Shown here: piece by piece, positions 26,901 through 36,415 of the stretch
How positions within the stretch are numbered: position 1 is the first letter of the stretch
How the letters are laid out: every line of letters begins with the position of its first letter
Position numbers and translations under genes: made by a program
The notes under the pieces: generated by a model
The model's database searches: none
Seen by the model: only the letters and a program-made list of their open reading frames with translations
Told to the model about the DNA's origin: nothing
From: an uncultured Oscillospiraceae bacterium
GTDB taxonomy: Bacteria > Bacillota > Clostridia > Oscillospirales > Oscillospiraceae
Assembly: GCA_964628315.1 (NCBI GenBank)
Contig: CAZVMK010000001.1
Location: 1-55,486, forward strand
DNA length: 55,486 nucleotides
Direction: 5' to 3'

Positions 26901-29801
26901 TTATACGCAGGTATAGGGAATATCATTTTCTTCCATATACTCCTGTGCATAGATTCCTTCCCTGCAGGTCAATTTCAGTCTCGGGCAATGCTTAAAAACG
27001 TCTTTTCCGATTTGTACTACACTTTCGGGAATATACAATTCACTTAGTGATATGCAGCCTCTGAACGCCTCATCATCGATATGCAACAATGTGGGCGGCA
27101 ATGAGATCTTTTTCAGACGGATACAGTTTTTAAACGCCGCAGTTCCGATGTACTTCAAATTTGTTGCCCCTACCACACTCTCCAGCTTTTTGCTGTTGCA
27201 GAACGCTTTCACGCCGATATGTCGGATGGTATCCGGCAATTCAACGTGGACCATCGTCGGCGAACTAAAGCTGGAACTGATATTATATACCGTTACCGCA
27301 CCAATCCGTGCTTTCACATTTACATTCGCCGCGGTTGTAACGGGTCTAACGGCCGTTGCGTGGGTATCAAACAAATTGTACGCCACGCCATCATGATTGC
27401 TGCGGTAGTAGGCATTATCGTCGATCAGAATGCTGTCAAAAAATCTCGTACCGTAAACGCAATCCAATGCGTATTCCAGCTTCATCTTAGAACTGCCCTT
27501 TGCCATGACCAGATCGCCTGGTTTTACGATAGTAGAAATCAACTCATGGAGTGTTTTCCTCTGGGGCGTATAATATGCGCGCAAGCCATGAGCTTTCACG
27601 ATATCATAAGTAAACTGCGTGTTTTTGCCGTAAAATATGAACACATCTGCAGGATTTTCCATAAGCGGTGTTGCGATTTCCTTATGGGTGCTTTCCGCCA
27701 TGTCTCCCAAACCGGTAATATCGCCGATGATCGCAACACGTTTATTTCCTTCCGATACTTCCATCTGCGCAAAGGTTTTGCTGGAAGACTCTATTGAACC
27801 GGAAGATGCATTAAAGCAATCCAGGAACATTTTCACGCCGCAGGCTTGCACAATGTTTTGGCGAATACCCTGGGTCTTGAAATTTCCAATACCCTCAACG
27901 ATGGCATCTTCCGGAATTCCGAACTGTTTTCCTATGGCAAATGCGCAGATCGCATTGAGCACATTATGTTCTCCTGGGACATTGACACAGGCCTCTATGT
28001 GATGATCGCCATAGCATATTTCAAAAGAAGTGGTATCTCCCTGGGCTCTTATATTCTGCGCATAGTAATCGGCGTTTTGATTATGAACAGCAAAAAACAC
28101 GGTCTTACAATTCGGCTTTGCATTAACCAGCAGCGGGTCATCCCCGTTGAGATACAGCACACCGCTTTTCGGCATTCCCTCGATAATACCCAGCTTGTTT
28201 TCCATCAGTGCGTTTTGATCACCGTAAAAATTTCCAAGGTGAGCATCGCCGATGTTTGTGACCACTGTTACCTCCGGCAAAACCATACGCGCATGACGGG
28301 AAGCTCCACCAGGGCGGCCGCCGCCCATTTCCTGGATGAACACTTCACAGGAACTATCCAGCTTCTGAATGTTCTCGCCAATGGCAACCTGCACATTGGT
28401 ATTATTCAAGCTTTTCACAGTCCGGTACTTCATTTTTACAACTTCGGCCACCATATCTTTTGTGGAGGTTTTTCCGATGCTGCCTGTAATTCCGACCGTT
28501 TTCACGTTGAGTTGGCTACGCAGATAGGCGCACACTGCAATATGCGCCTCTTTTACATCATCACACAGCACGAATTTGCACAGGGAACCCAAATCGCGGT
28601 AACTGACCAAAAACATTGCGCCTCTTTTGGCCGCGATTTTTGCCAGACGGTATTGCTGTTTTGGTGTCTGTACATGCAAATCGTTGGGATCTGCAAAGGG
28701 TTCGCGGAAGAAGAAAACATCTCCTGGCATGACCTCAAAAGAACGTGCCCGTACTTTTCCTATCGAGAATTTTTCCAACTGACGCATTTCACTCGGCAAC
28801 TCTTTGCCGATCAATTTCATCACTTTCCCTACCGTTAAAACACGATCCACACTGCGCAGGCGGGGCATATTTTTCTCGATTTTAGCCAGTGCCTCCACAT
28901 CATCCTGGCGCAACGCTTTGCCGGATCCGCTCAGCAGTTTCATGCTCTTCGCCCTGTCATAACGCAGGGGATAATACGCCTCTTCAAAGGCTTGCAGCTT
29001 TCCGTTGACACGGCGCAGTTTGATACGAATGGCCACCCGTTCTCGTGGGAACGCCTCTCTGTCGGACAAGAACGTACCGATGGAATATACACCACGGGAC
29101 ACCGAGCCGTTTTTTTGACGATATGTCACACCGGAATCCATGATGAAAGGCTTGACATTCACCACATAGTCCACGCCGGCTTTCAGCAGCAGATTGCACA
29201 ACCGTTTATTTTTCTGCGTTATCGTTTTCTGCTGTTTGCTGTCCAGATACATGATGACATATTCGGCGCCCATACGCTTCAGCAGGTAATACTCCCGCAG
29301 CAATTCCAGCCGAACATGGTATTTAGAGGCAGATTTGTAATTGAGCTTACAGGCGCAAACTGCCACCGTTCCTGCCTCTGTGCAATAAATCTGAGAGCGG
29401 ATAAATCGGTTATCATAGGCCAGATCGGTAATATGATACTTGTTAAACTTCTTCTGCAACAGCCCATAGTGTTTGGCACTCTGTTTACCATATCGGCTGG
29501 ATGTGAAGGATATATCCGCATCCAGCAACATTTTTCGAAGTTTTTCAATGTCCTTACCGTAGCTTTTGACATGACCTTTCAGATTTGTACAGCCCAAACA
29601 GTTGATCACGATATCCTGTTCGGATTTTGTCTTCATCCGGTGCACCGTCACATTTTTTCTGCTTCCTCCGGAAAACAGCCCCATGATATACGCCAGTATG
29701 ATCAGAGTTCTGTCTGTCAGATTTCTTTTCCACGCGTGAAGCATTTTTGTTGTACCGGACAATCTCTTGTTGATAAATTTTGCAAAATTAGTTGCCGTCA
29801 T
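26901..29801 (-). CDS. Fusion protein: degenerate CapA-like domain + MurF-like ligase + BspA-type LRR (paralog 2)
   Basis: AGVDYVV...VYSIGTFLS (CapA-like); GITGSIGKTSTKDM P-loop, TNIGDAH, GEHNVLNA, DCFNAS (Mur); LPDTIRHIGVKAF, LKYIGTAAFKNC repeats. Confidence 0.8.
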   Translation of the reverse strand: MTATNFAKFINKRLSGTTKMLHAWKRNLTDRTLIILAYIMGLFSGGSRKNVTVHRMKTKSEQDIVINCLGCTNLKGHVKSYGKDIEKLRKMLLDADISFTSSRYGKQSAKHYGLLQKKFNKYHITDLAYDNRFIRSQIYCTEAGTVAVCACKLNYKSASKYHVRLELLREYYLLKRMGAEYVIMYLDSKQQKTITQKNKRLCNLLLKAGVDYVVNVKPFIMDSGVTYRQKNGSVSRGVYSIGTFLSDREAFPRERVAIRIKLRRVNGKLQAFEEAYYPLRYDRAKSMKLLSGSGKALRQDDVEALAKIEKNMPRLRSVDRVLTVGKVMKLIGKELPSEMRQLEKFSIGKVRARSFEVMPGDVFFFREPFADPNDLHVQTPKQQYRLAKIAAKRGAMFLVSYRDLGSLCKFVLCDDVKEAHIAVCAYLRSQLNVKTVGITGSIGKTSTKDMVAEVVKMKYRTVKSLNNTNVQVAIGENIQKLDSSCEVFIQEMGGGRPGGASRHARMVLPEVTVVTNIGDAHLGNFYGDQNALMENKLGIIEGMPKSGVLYLNGDDPLLVNAKPNCKTVFFAVHNQNADYYAQNIRAQGDTTSFEICYGDHHIEACVNVPGEHNVLNAICAFAIGKQFGIPEDAIVEGIGNFKTQGIRQNIVQACGVKMFLDCFNASSGSIESSSKTFAQMEVSEGNKRVAIIGDITGLGDMAESTHKEIATPLMENPADVFIFYGKNTQFTYDIVKAHGLRAYYTPQRKTLHELISTIVKPGDLVMAKGSSKMKLEYALDCVYGTRFFDSILIDDNAYYRSNHDGVAYNLFDTHATAVRPVTTAANVNVKARIGAVTVYNISSSFSSPTMVHVELPDTIRHIGVKAFCNSKKLESVVGATNLKYIGTAAFKNCIRLKKISLPPTLLHIDDEAFRGCISLSELYIPESVVQIGKDVFKHCPRLKLTCREGIYAQEYMEENDIPYTCV

Positions 29802-29872
29802 TTTTTGCTCCTCTTTTTAAAGACTGCCCAGTGCAGCCTTTAAAAATATCCTGTCTAAGGCACATTTTTCGA

Positions 29873-32791
29873 TCATTGTACCTTTATGTTCAACCCCATC
29901 TGCTGCAAACGCCGCTCGGCATAACTGTTCTTCTTGCAGACAAACAGGCAGTTTACACAACCGTGGAACGCATCTTCCCCGATTTGTTCGATGGTGCTCG
30001 GAATGTTGATTTGATGCAGGCTCCTGCATCCGGAAAAGGCTTCTTTTCCGATGTGCATCACGCCATCCGGCAGCGTGATCTGTTGCAGATTTCTGCAATT
30101 TTTGAATGCGCCGTTGCCGATATACTTTAACTTTTTCGGTAAATTCAACTTTGACAATCTACTGCAATCCAAGAACGCTTCCGCTGAAATATGCCGTACG
30201 GATTCCGGCAGTACCACCTCGGAAATATCCTTTTTTCGCAGCGCACGGCCCATATTGACCACCGCAATGCTGCCCACGCGGCCTGCCACCTGCACCCGTT
30301 GGGCGCTTCCCTGAGTAGGTGCACATTCCGCAACAGTGGCATAGTTTGAAAACAGATGATACTCCAGCGAGCCTTTCCGGATGGTCTTGTAAGCACGTTC
30401 ATCCAGCAGGCGCTGATCGGTCAGACGTGTGCCGAATACCATATCCACACTGTATTCCAGCAGCATTTTTGAGCTTCCCTTGAACATGGCCGCATCACCT
30501 GGACCCACCACTTCTGCGATCTTACTGTTTAATTTTTCCCGATTTAAGAACCAGTACACATTCTTTTTCGTGTTTTTCAGCACTTCATAAGTATAGCGCA
30601 CATTTTTTCCGAACAGCAGCACGCAGTCCACATTGCTGGCCTCAATGGCGCGGCCGATCTCACGATGGACACGGATCGATGCCGCACCCATGCCGGTAAT
30701 ATCGCCGATCACGGCAATTCTTTTCTTCCCCTGCTCCACCGGAATTTGCATCAGCGACTCCAGTGCGGATTTGACTGACTCCGTAGAAGCATTGTAGCAA
30801 TCCATAAACAACTTTCTTCCGCAGACTTCGATCAAATTTTGCCGAATGCCGGTGGTGCGGAAATTGGAAATGCCGGTGGCGATTTTTTCTGTCGGAATGC
30901 CGAACTGCTCACCGATGGCAAAGCAGCAAACCGCATTCAGCACGTTATATTCGCCGATGACATGGAGCACAATAGGCGTTTTTACGCCGTTGTGGACAAT
31001 ATTGAAGTGGCAATTTCCACCGTAGTCAGCCATATCCTCCACATAGTAATCCGCACTTTTGTTGTGCACCGCATAGAAAACGGTCCTGTGGGAAGTTTTG
31101 GCTGTGGCCAACAACGGATCGTCTCCGTTGAGATACAAGGTACCATCTTCCGTCAGGCCATCGGCAATGTGGAGCTTGTTCTCCATCAGCGCTTCCCGCG
31201 AGCCGAAATTGCCGATATGGGCATCACCGATATTTGTGACCACCGCCACCTGCGGTAGCACCATGCGCCCATGGCGGGAAGCTCCGCCAGGGCGACCGCC
31301 GCCGACTTCCTGGATCAACACTTCACATCCGCTGTTGATTTTTTGCAGGTTCATGCCGATTTCCACCTGAACATTGGCATTGCGCTCACTTTTCACAGTT
31401 TCATAGCGAATTTTCATCACTTCGGTCAGCATATCCTTGGTGGAGGTTTTGCCGATGCTGCCGGTGATCGCCACAGTCTTCATGGGATACTGCTTACGAA
31501 TATGGGCGCAAACGGTGATATGGGCTTCCATAACATTATCGCACTGTACCGCAACACAGGAGAACGGCAATCGGCAATACGTGATCAGTAGCATTGCGCC
31601 TCTTTTCATCGCCCTTTTGGCAATGCGCAACCGCTGTTTATCGCTGAGCACTTCCAAATCGTTGTTATCATGGAACGCTTCCCGAAAAAAGAAAATATCG
31701 CCTGGCATGACTTCCGAAGAACGGGCGCACACCTTTCCCACCGAAAAATCCTTCAGATATTGCTTGTCCGAAGGCAGCTGACTGCCGATCAGTTCCATAA
31801 CGGTACCGACTGTCAAAAGGCGGTCAGCAGGTCTGATGCGCTGCATTTGCGCCTCGATCTCTGCCCTGGCTCTGCCGGCCTCTTTCCATTGGCTGTCAGC
31901 CGATGGCAGGTTCAGCAGAGAGATCAGTCCCACGCCGTCTGCGTAATAACATGGAACGTAGGTTTCTTCCACCAGCTGCATTTTCCCTTCAAATCGACCC
32001 AAACGCAGGCGTAGGATCACCCGTTTTGCATCAGTATTATCGTTTCCCGTCAGAAACGTACCCAGTGAATAAACCGACCGTGCCACACTGCCATCAGCTT
32101 TCCGATAGGTGGTGCCGCCATCATAACGGTCGGGCGTTACGCCGACAATATAATCGACCCCCATTCGGCTGAGGACCTTGTACAGTTGACCGACAATATC
32201 TTTTTCCGATGCTTTCCCCTCCGGATTTTTAACATAAGCAATGATAAAATCCGCCTTTTTCTTCCGCAGTGCCTGAATATGTCGCATCAAAAGCATCCGA
32301 TCTTTGCGACTCATCCCGTTGTGGGCAGACAGATCATAAATCATCACCGCCACATTCCCAAGAGGGCTGCAAATCATGCGGCTGTCGATCCGTGCTCTGC
32401 TACGTAACAGGCAAATGCCGTTTTCCTGCAGAAACTGTTCTGCGTTTGATCCCCGTTCAGCCTGAAGGGCATTACTTGCAACACAGAAAGAGAAATCTGC
32501 ATTCTCCATGCCTTTCAGCAGACGAATATCACGCACGTCGGGGTTCCAACGGTTCACATCCACCGCACCCATACAGTAAAAAGCCAGTCGATCGGAACGG
32601 CAAAGCTCCGGTGTTTCGGTCTGTCGGATATTCGCAGCCAGTTTTCTGTCTACCAGATTAACGCAGGCTGCAAACCGAAATTCCACGGCATATTTGACTT
32701 TTGTCGTCCAGTGGTTATACACACGAAACAATCGGGGGGCCACCCGATTGCGTTTCTGTGCCAGTTTCTTAATTGAGCGAACAATTTTCAT
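29873..32791 (-). CDS. Fusion protein: degenerate CapA-like domain + MurF-like ligase + BspA-type LRR (paralog 1)
   Basis: MGVDYIVG...VYSLGTFL; AITGSIGKTSTKDM, TNIGDAHIGNF, DCYNAS; LPESVRHISAEAF, LPDGVMHIGKEAFSGC repeats. Confidence 0.8.
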   Translation of the reverse strand: MKIVRSIKKLAQKRNRVAPRLFRVYNHWTTKVKYAVEFRFAACVNLVDRKLAANIRQTETPELCRSDRLAFYCMGAVDVNRWNPDVRDIRLLKGMENADFSFCVASNALQAERGSNAEQFLQENGICLLRSRARIDSRMICSPLGNVAVMIYDLSAHNGMSRKDRMLLMRHIQALRKKKADFIIAYVKNPEGKASEKDIVGQLYKVLSRMGVDYIVGVTPDRYDGGTTYRKADGSVARSVYSLGTFLTGNDNTDAKRVILRLRLGRFEGKMQLVEETYVPCYYADGVGLISLLNLPSADSQWKEAGRARAEIEAQMQRIRPADRLLTVGTVMELIGSQLPSDKQYLKDFSVGKVCARSSEVMPGDIFFFREAFHDNNDLEVLSDKQRLRIAKRAMKRGAMLLITYCRLPFSCVAVQCDNVMEAHITVCAHIRKQYPMKTVAITGSIGKTSTKDMLTEVMKIRYETVKSERNANVQVEIGMNLQKINSGCEVLIQEVGGGRPGGASRHGRMVLPQVAVVTNIGDAHIGNFGSREALMENKLHIADGLTEDGTLYLNGDDPLLATAKTSHRTVFYAVHNKSADYYVEDMADYGGNCHFNIVHNGVKTPIVLHVIGEYNVLNAVCCFAIGEQFGIPTEKIATGISNFRTTGIRQNLIEVCGRKLFMDCYNASTESVKSALESLMQIPVEQGKKRIAVIGDITGMGAASIRVHREIGRAIEASNVDCVLLFGKNVRYTYEVLKNTKKNVYWFLNREKLNSKIAEVVGPGDAAMFKGSSKMLLEYSVDMVFGTRLTDQRLLDERAYKTIRKGSLEYHLFSNYATVAECAPTQGSAQRVQVAGRVGSIAVVNMGRALRKKDISEVVLPESVRHISAEAFLDCSRLSKLNLPKKLKYIGNGAFKNCRNLQQITLPDGVMHIGKEAFSGCRSLHQINIPSTIEQIGEDAFHGCVNCLFVCKKNSYAERRLQQMGLNIKVQ

Positions 32792-32796
32792 AGTTC

Positions 32797-33885
32797 TTAT
32801 TTTTCCGCCATACAAATGAGCTGTTCTACCAGCTCCTCGTACGGAATACCTGCCTTTTCAAACATAAGGGAATAAATGCTGCCACGGGTAAATCCAGGAA
32901 CGGTGTTGATCTCATTGAATACCACGGTGTCATCGTCTGTCAGGAAAAAGTCGACGCGGGCGAAGCCACGGCAATCCAGACTGCGGTAGATATTCAACGC
33001 ATCTGTTTTCAGCTGTTTTTCTGCCTTTTCGGACAGCTCTGCCGGAATTCTCTTGTGGGAGCCGCCGCTCTTATACTTCAGTTCAAAGGTATTGAAAATA
33101 CCGTCTTTCACCACGACCTCGCACAGCTCGCCCACGCGAACATCGTCGCCCTGGCCCAGTACGGCCACCTTGATCTCCTTGCCCACGATGGTCTCTTCCA
33201 CCACGATGTGGCCAGGATACTGTGCGGCAACATTCAGTGCCTCCAGCAATTCTTCCCAGTTGTTGGCCTTGGTGATGCCCACGGAAGATCCTGTGGATGC
33301 AGGCTTGACAAACAGGGGGTATACATTTCCCAATTTTTCCTCAAAATGTTCCACCACCTGTTTTGCAAATCCCTGGGGATCGGCAAAGAAATCTTCACGG
33401 GCGGCTGCAAAATACTCGGGGCAGCGAATATTGCAACGGCGTGCAAAATGCACCGTCACGCTCTTATCCATGCTGCAGGCAGAGGCGCAAACGCCACAAC
33501 CCACATAGGCAATGCCGGCCACTTCCAGCAGGCCCTGAAGCTGTCCGTCTTCACCGGTCTCGCCATGGATGATGGGGAAAACCACATCGATATGTTGCAG
33601 AGAAATACCGTCTTTCCCGAAAACCAGCAGACCGTGATCTTCCCGATCGGGAGACAGGATGGCTTTACGGTTGCTTTCATGGTCAAGCCATGTTTTTGCA
33701 TCGCCGATCTGCTCGGTCGGAGCCTCGGTCAGCAGCCACCGGCCCTCTCTGGTGATACCCAGGCAATGAACATTGTATTTTTCACGGGAGATGGCACCGA
33801 TCAGCGCAGCAGCAGATGCACAGGACACCTCATGCTCGGGAGATGCGCCGCCGAAAATAACCAAAATTTCTTTTTTCTTTAACAT
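32797..33885 (-). CDS. ddl: D-alanine-D-alanine ligase family ATP-grasp enzyme (divergent)
   Basis: FGGASPEHEVS, HGETGEDG, MDK, VKPASTGSSVG, ARVDFF, EINTVPGFT. Confidence 0.85.
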   Translation of the reverse strand: MLKKKEILVIFGGASPEHEVSCASAAALIGAISREKYNVHCLGITREGRWLLTEAPTEQIGDAKTWLDHESNRKAILSPDREDHGLLVFGKDGISLQHIDVVFPIIHGETGEDGQLQGLLEVAGIAYVGCGVCASACSMDKSVTVHFARRCNIRCPEYFAAAREDFFADPQGFAKQVVEHFEEKLGNVYPLFVKPASTGSSVGITKANNWEELLEALNVAAQYPGHIVVEETIVGKEIKVAVLGQGDDVRVGELCEVVVKDGIFNTFELKYKSGGSHKRIPAELSEKAEKQLKTDALNIYRSLDCRGFARVDFFLTDDDTVVFNEINTVPGFTRGSIYSLMFEKAGIPYEELVEQLICMAEK

Positions 33886-33900
33886 TTTCCTCAGTCCTCA

Positions 33901-34734
33901 TTATTTCATAACATTACATTTGAACGGATTACCTTTAAAGGTTTTTTCATTAATACTGTAATTGTTGTCCGGTCGAACATGGGCAACAATATCCATAAAT
34001 ATATCAGAAAGGTTGCTGGCGTAAAAATCATACTTTGCCTTCACACCTTTTTCTGCCTGGAGATTCTGTTCCAGCAGGACTTTCTGCACCTGCTGGGTGA
34101 CGATTTTCGATGGATTGATAATTTCCAGCTGGGGATACAGCTTGCGAATAGCCCCCTCAATGAAGGGATAGTGCGTACACCCCAAAACCAGCGCATCGAT
34201 CCCCGTTTCGGAAACAAAGCTGTCCAAATAATGGGCAACCACCGTATCTACGACCACGCCTTCCCGAAATCCGTTCTCGATCAGCGGCACGAACAACGGG
34301 CAACTTTGGGAAAAAATCTGTGCTTTCGTGCCGCTTTCCAGCAGCTTTCTTTCATAAGTTCCGCTATTGATGGTCGCCTTAGTGGCAATAACGCCAACCT
34401 TGCGAAACCTGTCCGTTTGGGAAATATAGGACACCGTCGGCGAAATCACGTCAATGATCGGGATATCGGGATAGCGGATCCGCAATTCATCGGCGCAGAG
34501 GGCGCTCACCGTATTGCAGGCGATCACCAACATCTTTGCACCGTTGGAAACCAGAAAATCTGTAATCTGTGCAGCATAACGGTGGAGTGTCTCCGGCTCT
34601 TTATCGCCGTAAGGCGCCCGTGCCACATCACCAAAATAGATCACACTTTCATTGGGAAATATCTGTTTCCAATTTTCCAGGCAGCTGAGGCCGCCCACGC
34701 CCGAATCAAAGGCGCCAATTGGATGATTGTTCAT
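33901..34734 (-). CDS. murI: Glutamate racemase
   Basis: FDSGVGGLS, PYG, IACNT and LGCTHYP catalytic Cys motifs. Confidence 0.93.
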   Translation of the reverse strand: MNNHPIGAFDSGVGGLSCLENWKQIFPNESVIYFGDVARAPYGDKEPETLHRYAAQITDFLVSNGAKMLVIACNTVSALCADELRIRYPDIPIIDVISPTVSYISQTDRFRKVGVIATKATINSGTYERKLLESGTKAQIFSQSCPLFVPLIENGFREGVVVDTVVAHYLDSFVSETGIDALVLGCTHYPFIEGAIRKLYPQLEIINPSKIVTQQVQKVLLEQNLQAEKGVKAKYDFYASNLSDIFMDIVAHVRPDNNYSINEKTFKGNPFKCNVMK

Positions 34735-35339
34735 TTTTCTACCTCTTTATTACACTTTCCATACTCCATAAAGTCTTGAGGCGTGTTGAAATCTCTTGAC
34801 CCGTCCTCGATTAGGATATACCCGTCACCGATGGCGCGTCCCTCCAGTTCCATCGCCTGAATGGAATGGTACACTTCCCATCCGATACACTCCCCGATTT
34901 GGTGGTTCAAATACAGGGTACGAACGTTGTGGATGTGATCCCGAAACAACTGCGCATCCGCCACTTTTACCGCAATGATGGATCTGCGGTTGCCAAAGGC
35001 CAGGACTTTATCGGTTTTGACGGAAAGGATCGTATCCAGTGCCTCGTCGGAATAAAAAACATCTCCATACAGGAAGCATACATCCGGCTCGATCAATTCT
35101 GCGGTAAAGCGGTCGACTTCCAGCACATTATTCAGCGGTTCATGCCGAATGGTGCCCTCAATGTTCAGCTGAGGGTCATGGGAAGTAATATAAATCAAAG
35201 CGTCAGGGTCCCGCCGGCGCAGGAGCCGACAGGTGCGCTCCAGCAACGTTTGATCCTCGATGCGGATCTGCCATTTGTGGATCCCCTGATGGTTATTCCA
35301 GCGGCGCTCCTTGCCGTCTGCCATGATGATATATTTCAT
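34731..35339 (-). CDS. Nucleotidyltransferase-like protein (LicC/IspD/MobA-type fold)
   Basis: N-terminal IIMADGKERRW...K...I..QTLLERT, LYGDVFY, C-terminal DFNTPQDF. Confidence 0.65.
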   Translation of the reverse strand: MKYIIMADGKERRWNNHQGIHKWQIRIEDQTLLERTCRLLRRRDPDALIYITSHDPQLNIEGTIRHEPLNNVLEVDRFTAELIEPDVCFLYGDVFYSDEALDTILSVKTDKVLAFGNRRSIIAVKVADAQLFRDHIHNVRTLYLNHQIGECIGWEVYHSIQAMELEGRAIGDGYILIEDGSRDFNTPQDFMEYGKCNKEVEK

Positions 35340-35371
35340 ATCGTTTTTCCTATCTTCAAATTCTCCGATCG

Positions 35372-36415
35372 TTATCGAATAATGCCGTGGGCTCTGTAGA
35401 AATCACCCAGTTCTCCGTTTTTCTGGCCGCCCCACAGCTGGATGATGTTAACGCCGGAGGATGTATTGGCTTCGATCACGGAGAAGCCCTCATCCGTCAC
35501 AAGAATGTCCCATGCAATAAAGGACAGATATGGGAATTTTTCAGATACGGCCACCATTTTTCGCTGCAATTCTTGCCAGCGGGGGATCTGAACCCCCTCA
35601 ATGGGGCTTCCGCTGTCAGGATGCACCTGATGGACCGCCAGATCGTGCAGTGAACGGGCCTCGCTGAGCTTGCCCGTGGTCAGGTCGATCTTTGCCACCA
35701 GGCCGCCACGACTGCCGTTGTCCACCGGAATGGTTTTGGCGGTGCCGATTCGCTGGACCGCAAAAAACACCTTAAAATGCTTGGTATTGGTATCGCGCAG
35801 TGTGATCAGGCGAATGGTATTGGCGGTGTGCGGATAAATTTCATCCAGATATTTCGCCTGATGGACATATTTCGACAGGAACCAGTGCTTACTGTTGGCC
35901 AGGAACGCCACCAGCTTATTTTCGGTAATGTGCTCGTTATCCAGGAAATACCAGCCGTCCTGGAAGCAGATCAGGTGAACACCTTTTCCTTTTCCGTAGC
36001 CCACCGGCTTCATGATGACCTTTCCCTCACGGCGAAACAGCTGAAGCAGCGTCGCACGGGATGCCACCTGTCCGTTGTTAAAAATGATGTTCTCCCCATG
36101 TTTGGATGCCAGTGTCTGGGGCACATCGACGTACTGCTTGAGCATATCCGCGCAGACCAGCTTATTATTCAGGACAAAGCTGTAATCGCCGTTGATACGG
36201 CGGGAACGATACCAGTCAAACTCCGAAAGGTAATCCTTTCTGCTGCGGTGCTTCAAATCATAGAGTACATATTGGTCTGCCAGATAGCCGTGTAAATTCA
36301 TCCACAGCTTGGTCCAGGGAGCAACTTTAAAATGATTATCCGCAAACAGGATCTTCGTGACCCACTGATAGGCCAGTTTCAGTTTCTCTATGCAGATTTT
36401 TACGAATTCCCTCAT
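35372..36415 (-). CDS. Sugar-transfer-associated ATP-grasp ligase
   Basis: LNNK, IMKPVGYGKGKGV, HQ...IYPHTANTIRLIT, DNGSRGG, HPDSG...IPRW, IAWDI...IEAN. Confidence 0.8.
   Translation of the reverse strand: MREFVKICIEKLKLAYQWVTKILFADNHFKVAPWTKLWMNLHGYLADQYVLYDLKHRSRKDYLSEFDWYRSRRINGDYSFVLNNKLVCADMLKQYVDVPQTLASKHGENIIFNNGQVASRATLLQLFRREGKVIMKPVGYGKGKGVHLICFQDGWYFLDNEHITENKLVAFLANSKHWFLSKYVHQAKYLDEIYPHTANTIRLITLRDTNTKHFKVFFAVQRIGTAKTIPVDNGSRGGLVAKIDLTTGKLSEARSLHDLAVHQVHPDSGSPIEGVQIPRWQELQRKMVAVSEKFPYLSFIAWDILVTDEGFSVIEANTSSGVNIIQLWGGQKNGELGDFYRAHGIIR

Noticed and set aside
26901-34734. Canonical poly-gamma-glutamate (capBCA) locus
   Set aside because: No CapC-like membrane protein; the ligases are MurF-like and the CapA-like domains lack metal ligands.
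36336-36415. 80-bp overlap as a frameshifted fusion or pseudogene
   Set aside because: Both ORFs have complete motif sets and the downstream gene has its own GGAGGAAGG RBS; a simple C-terminal extension is more likely.
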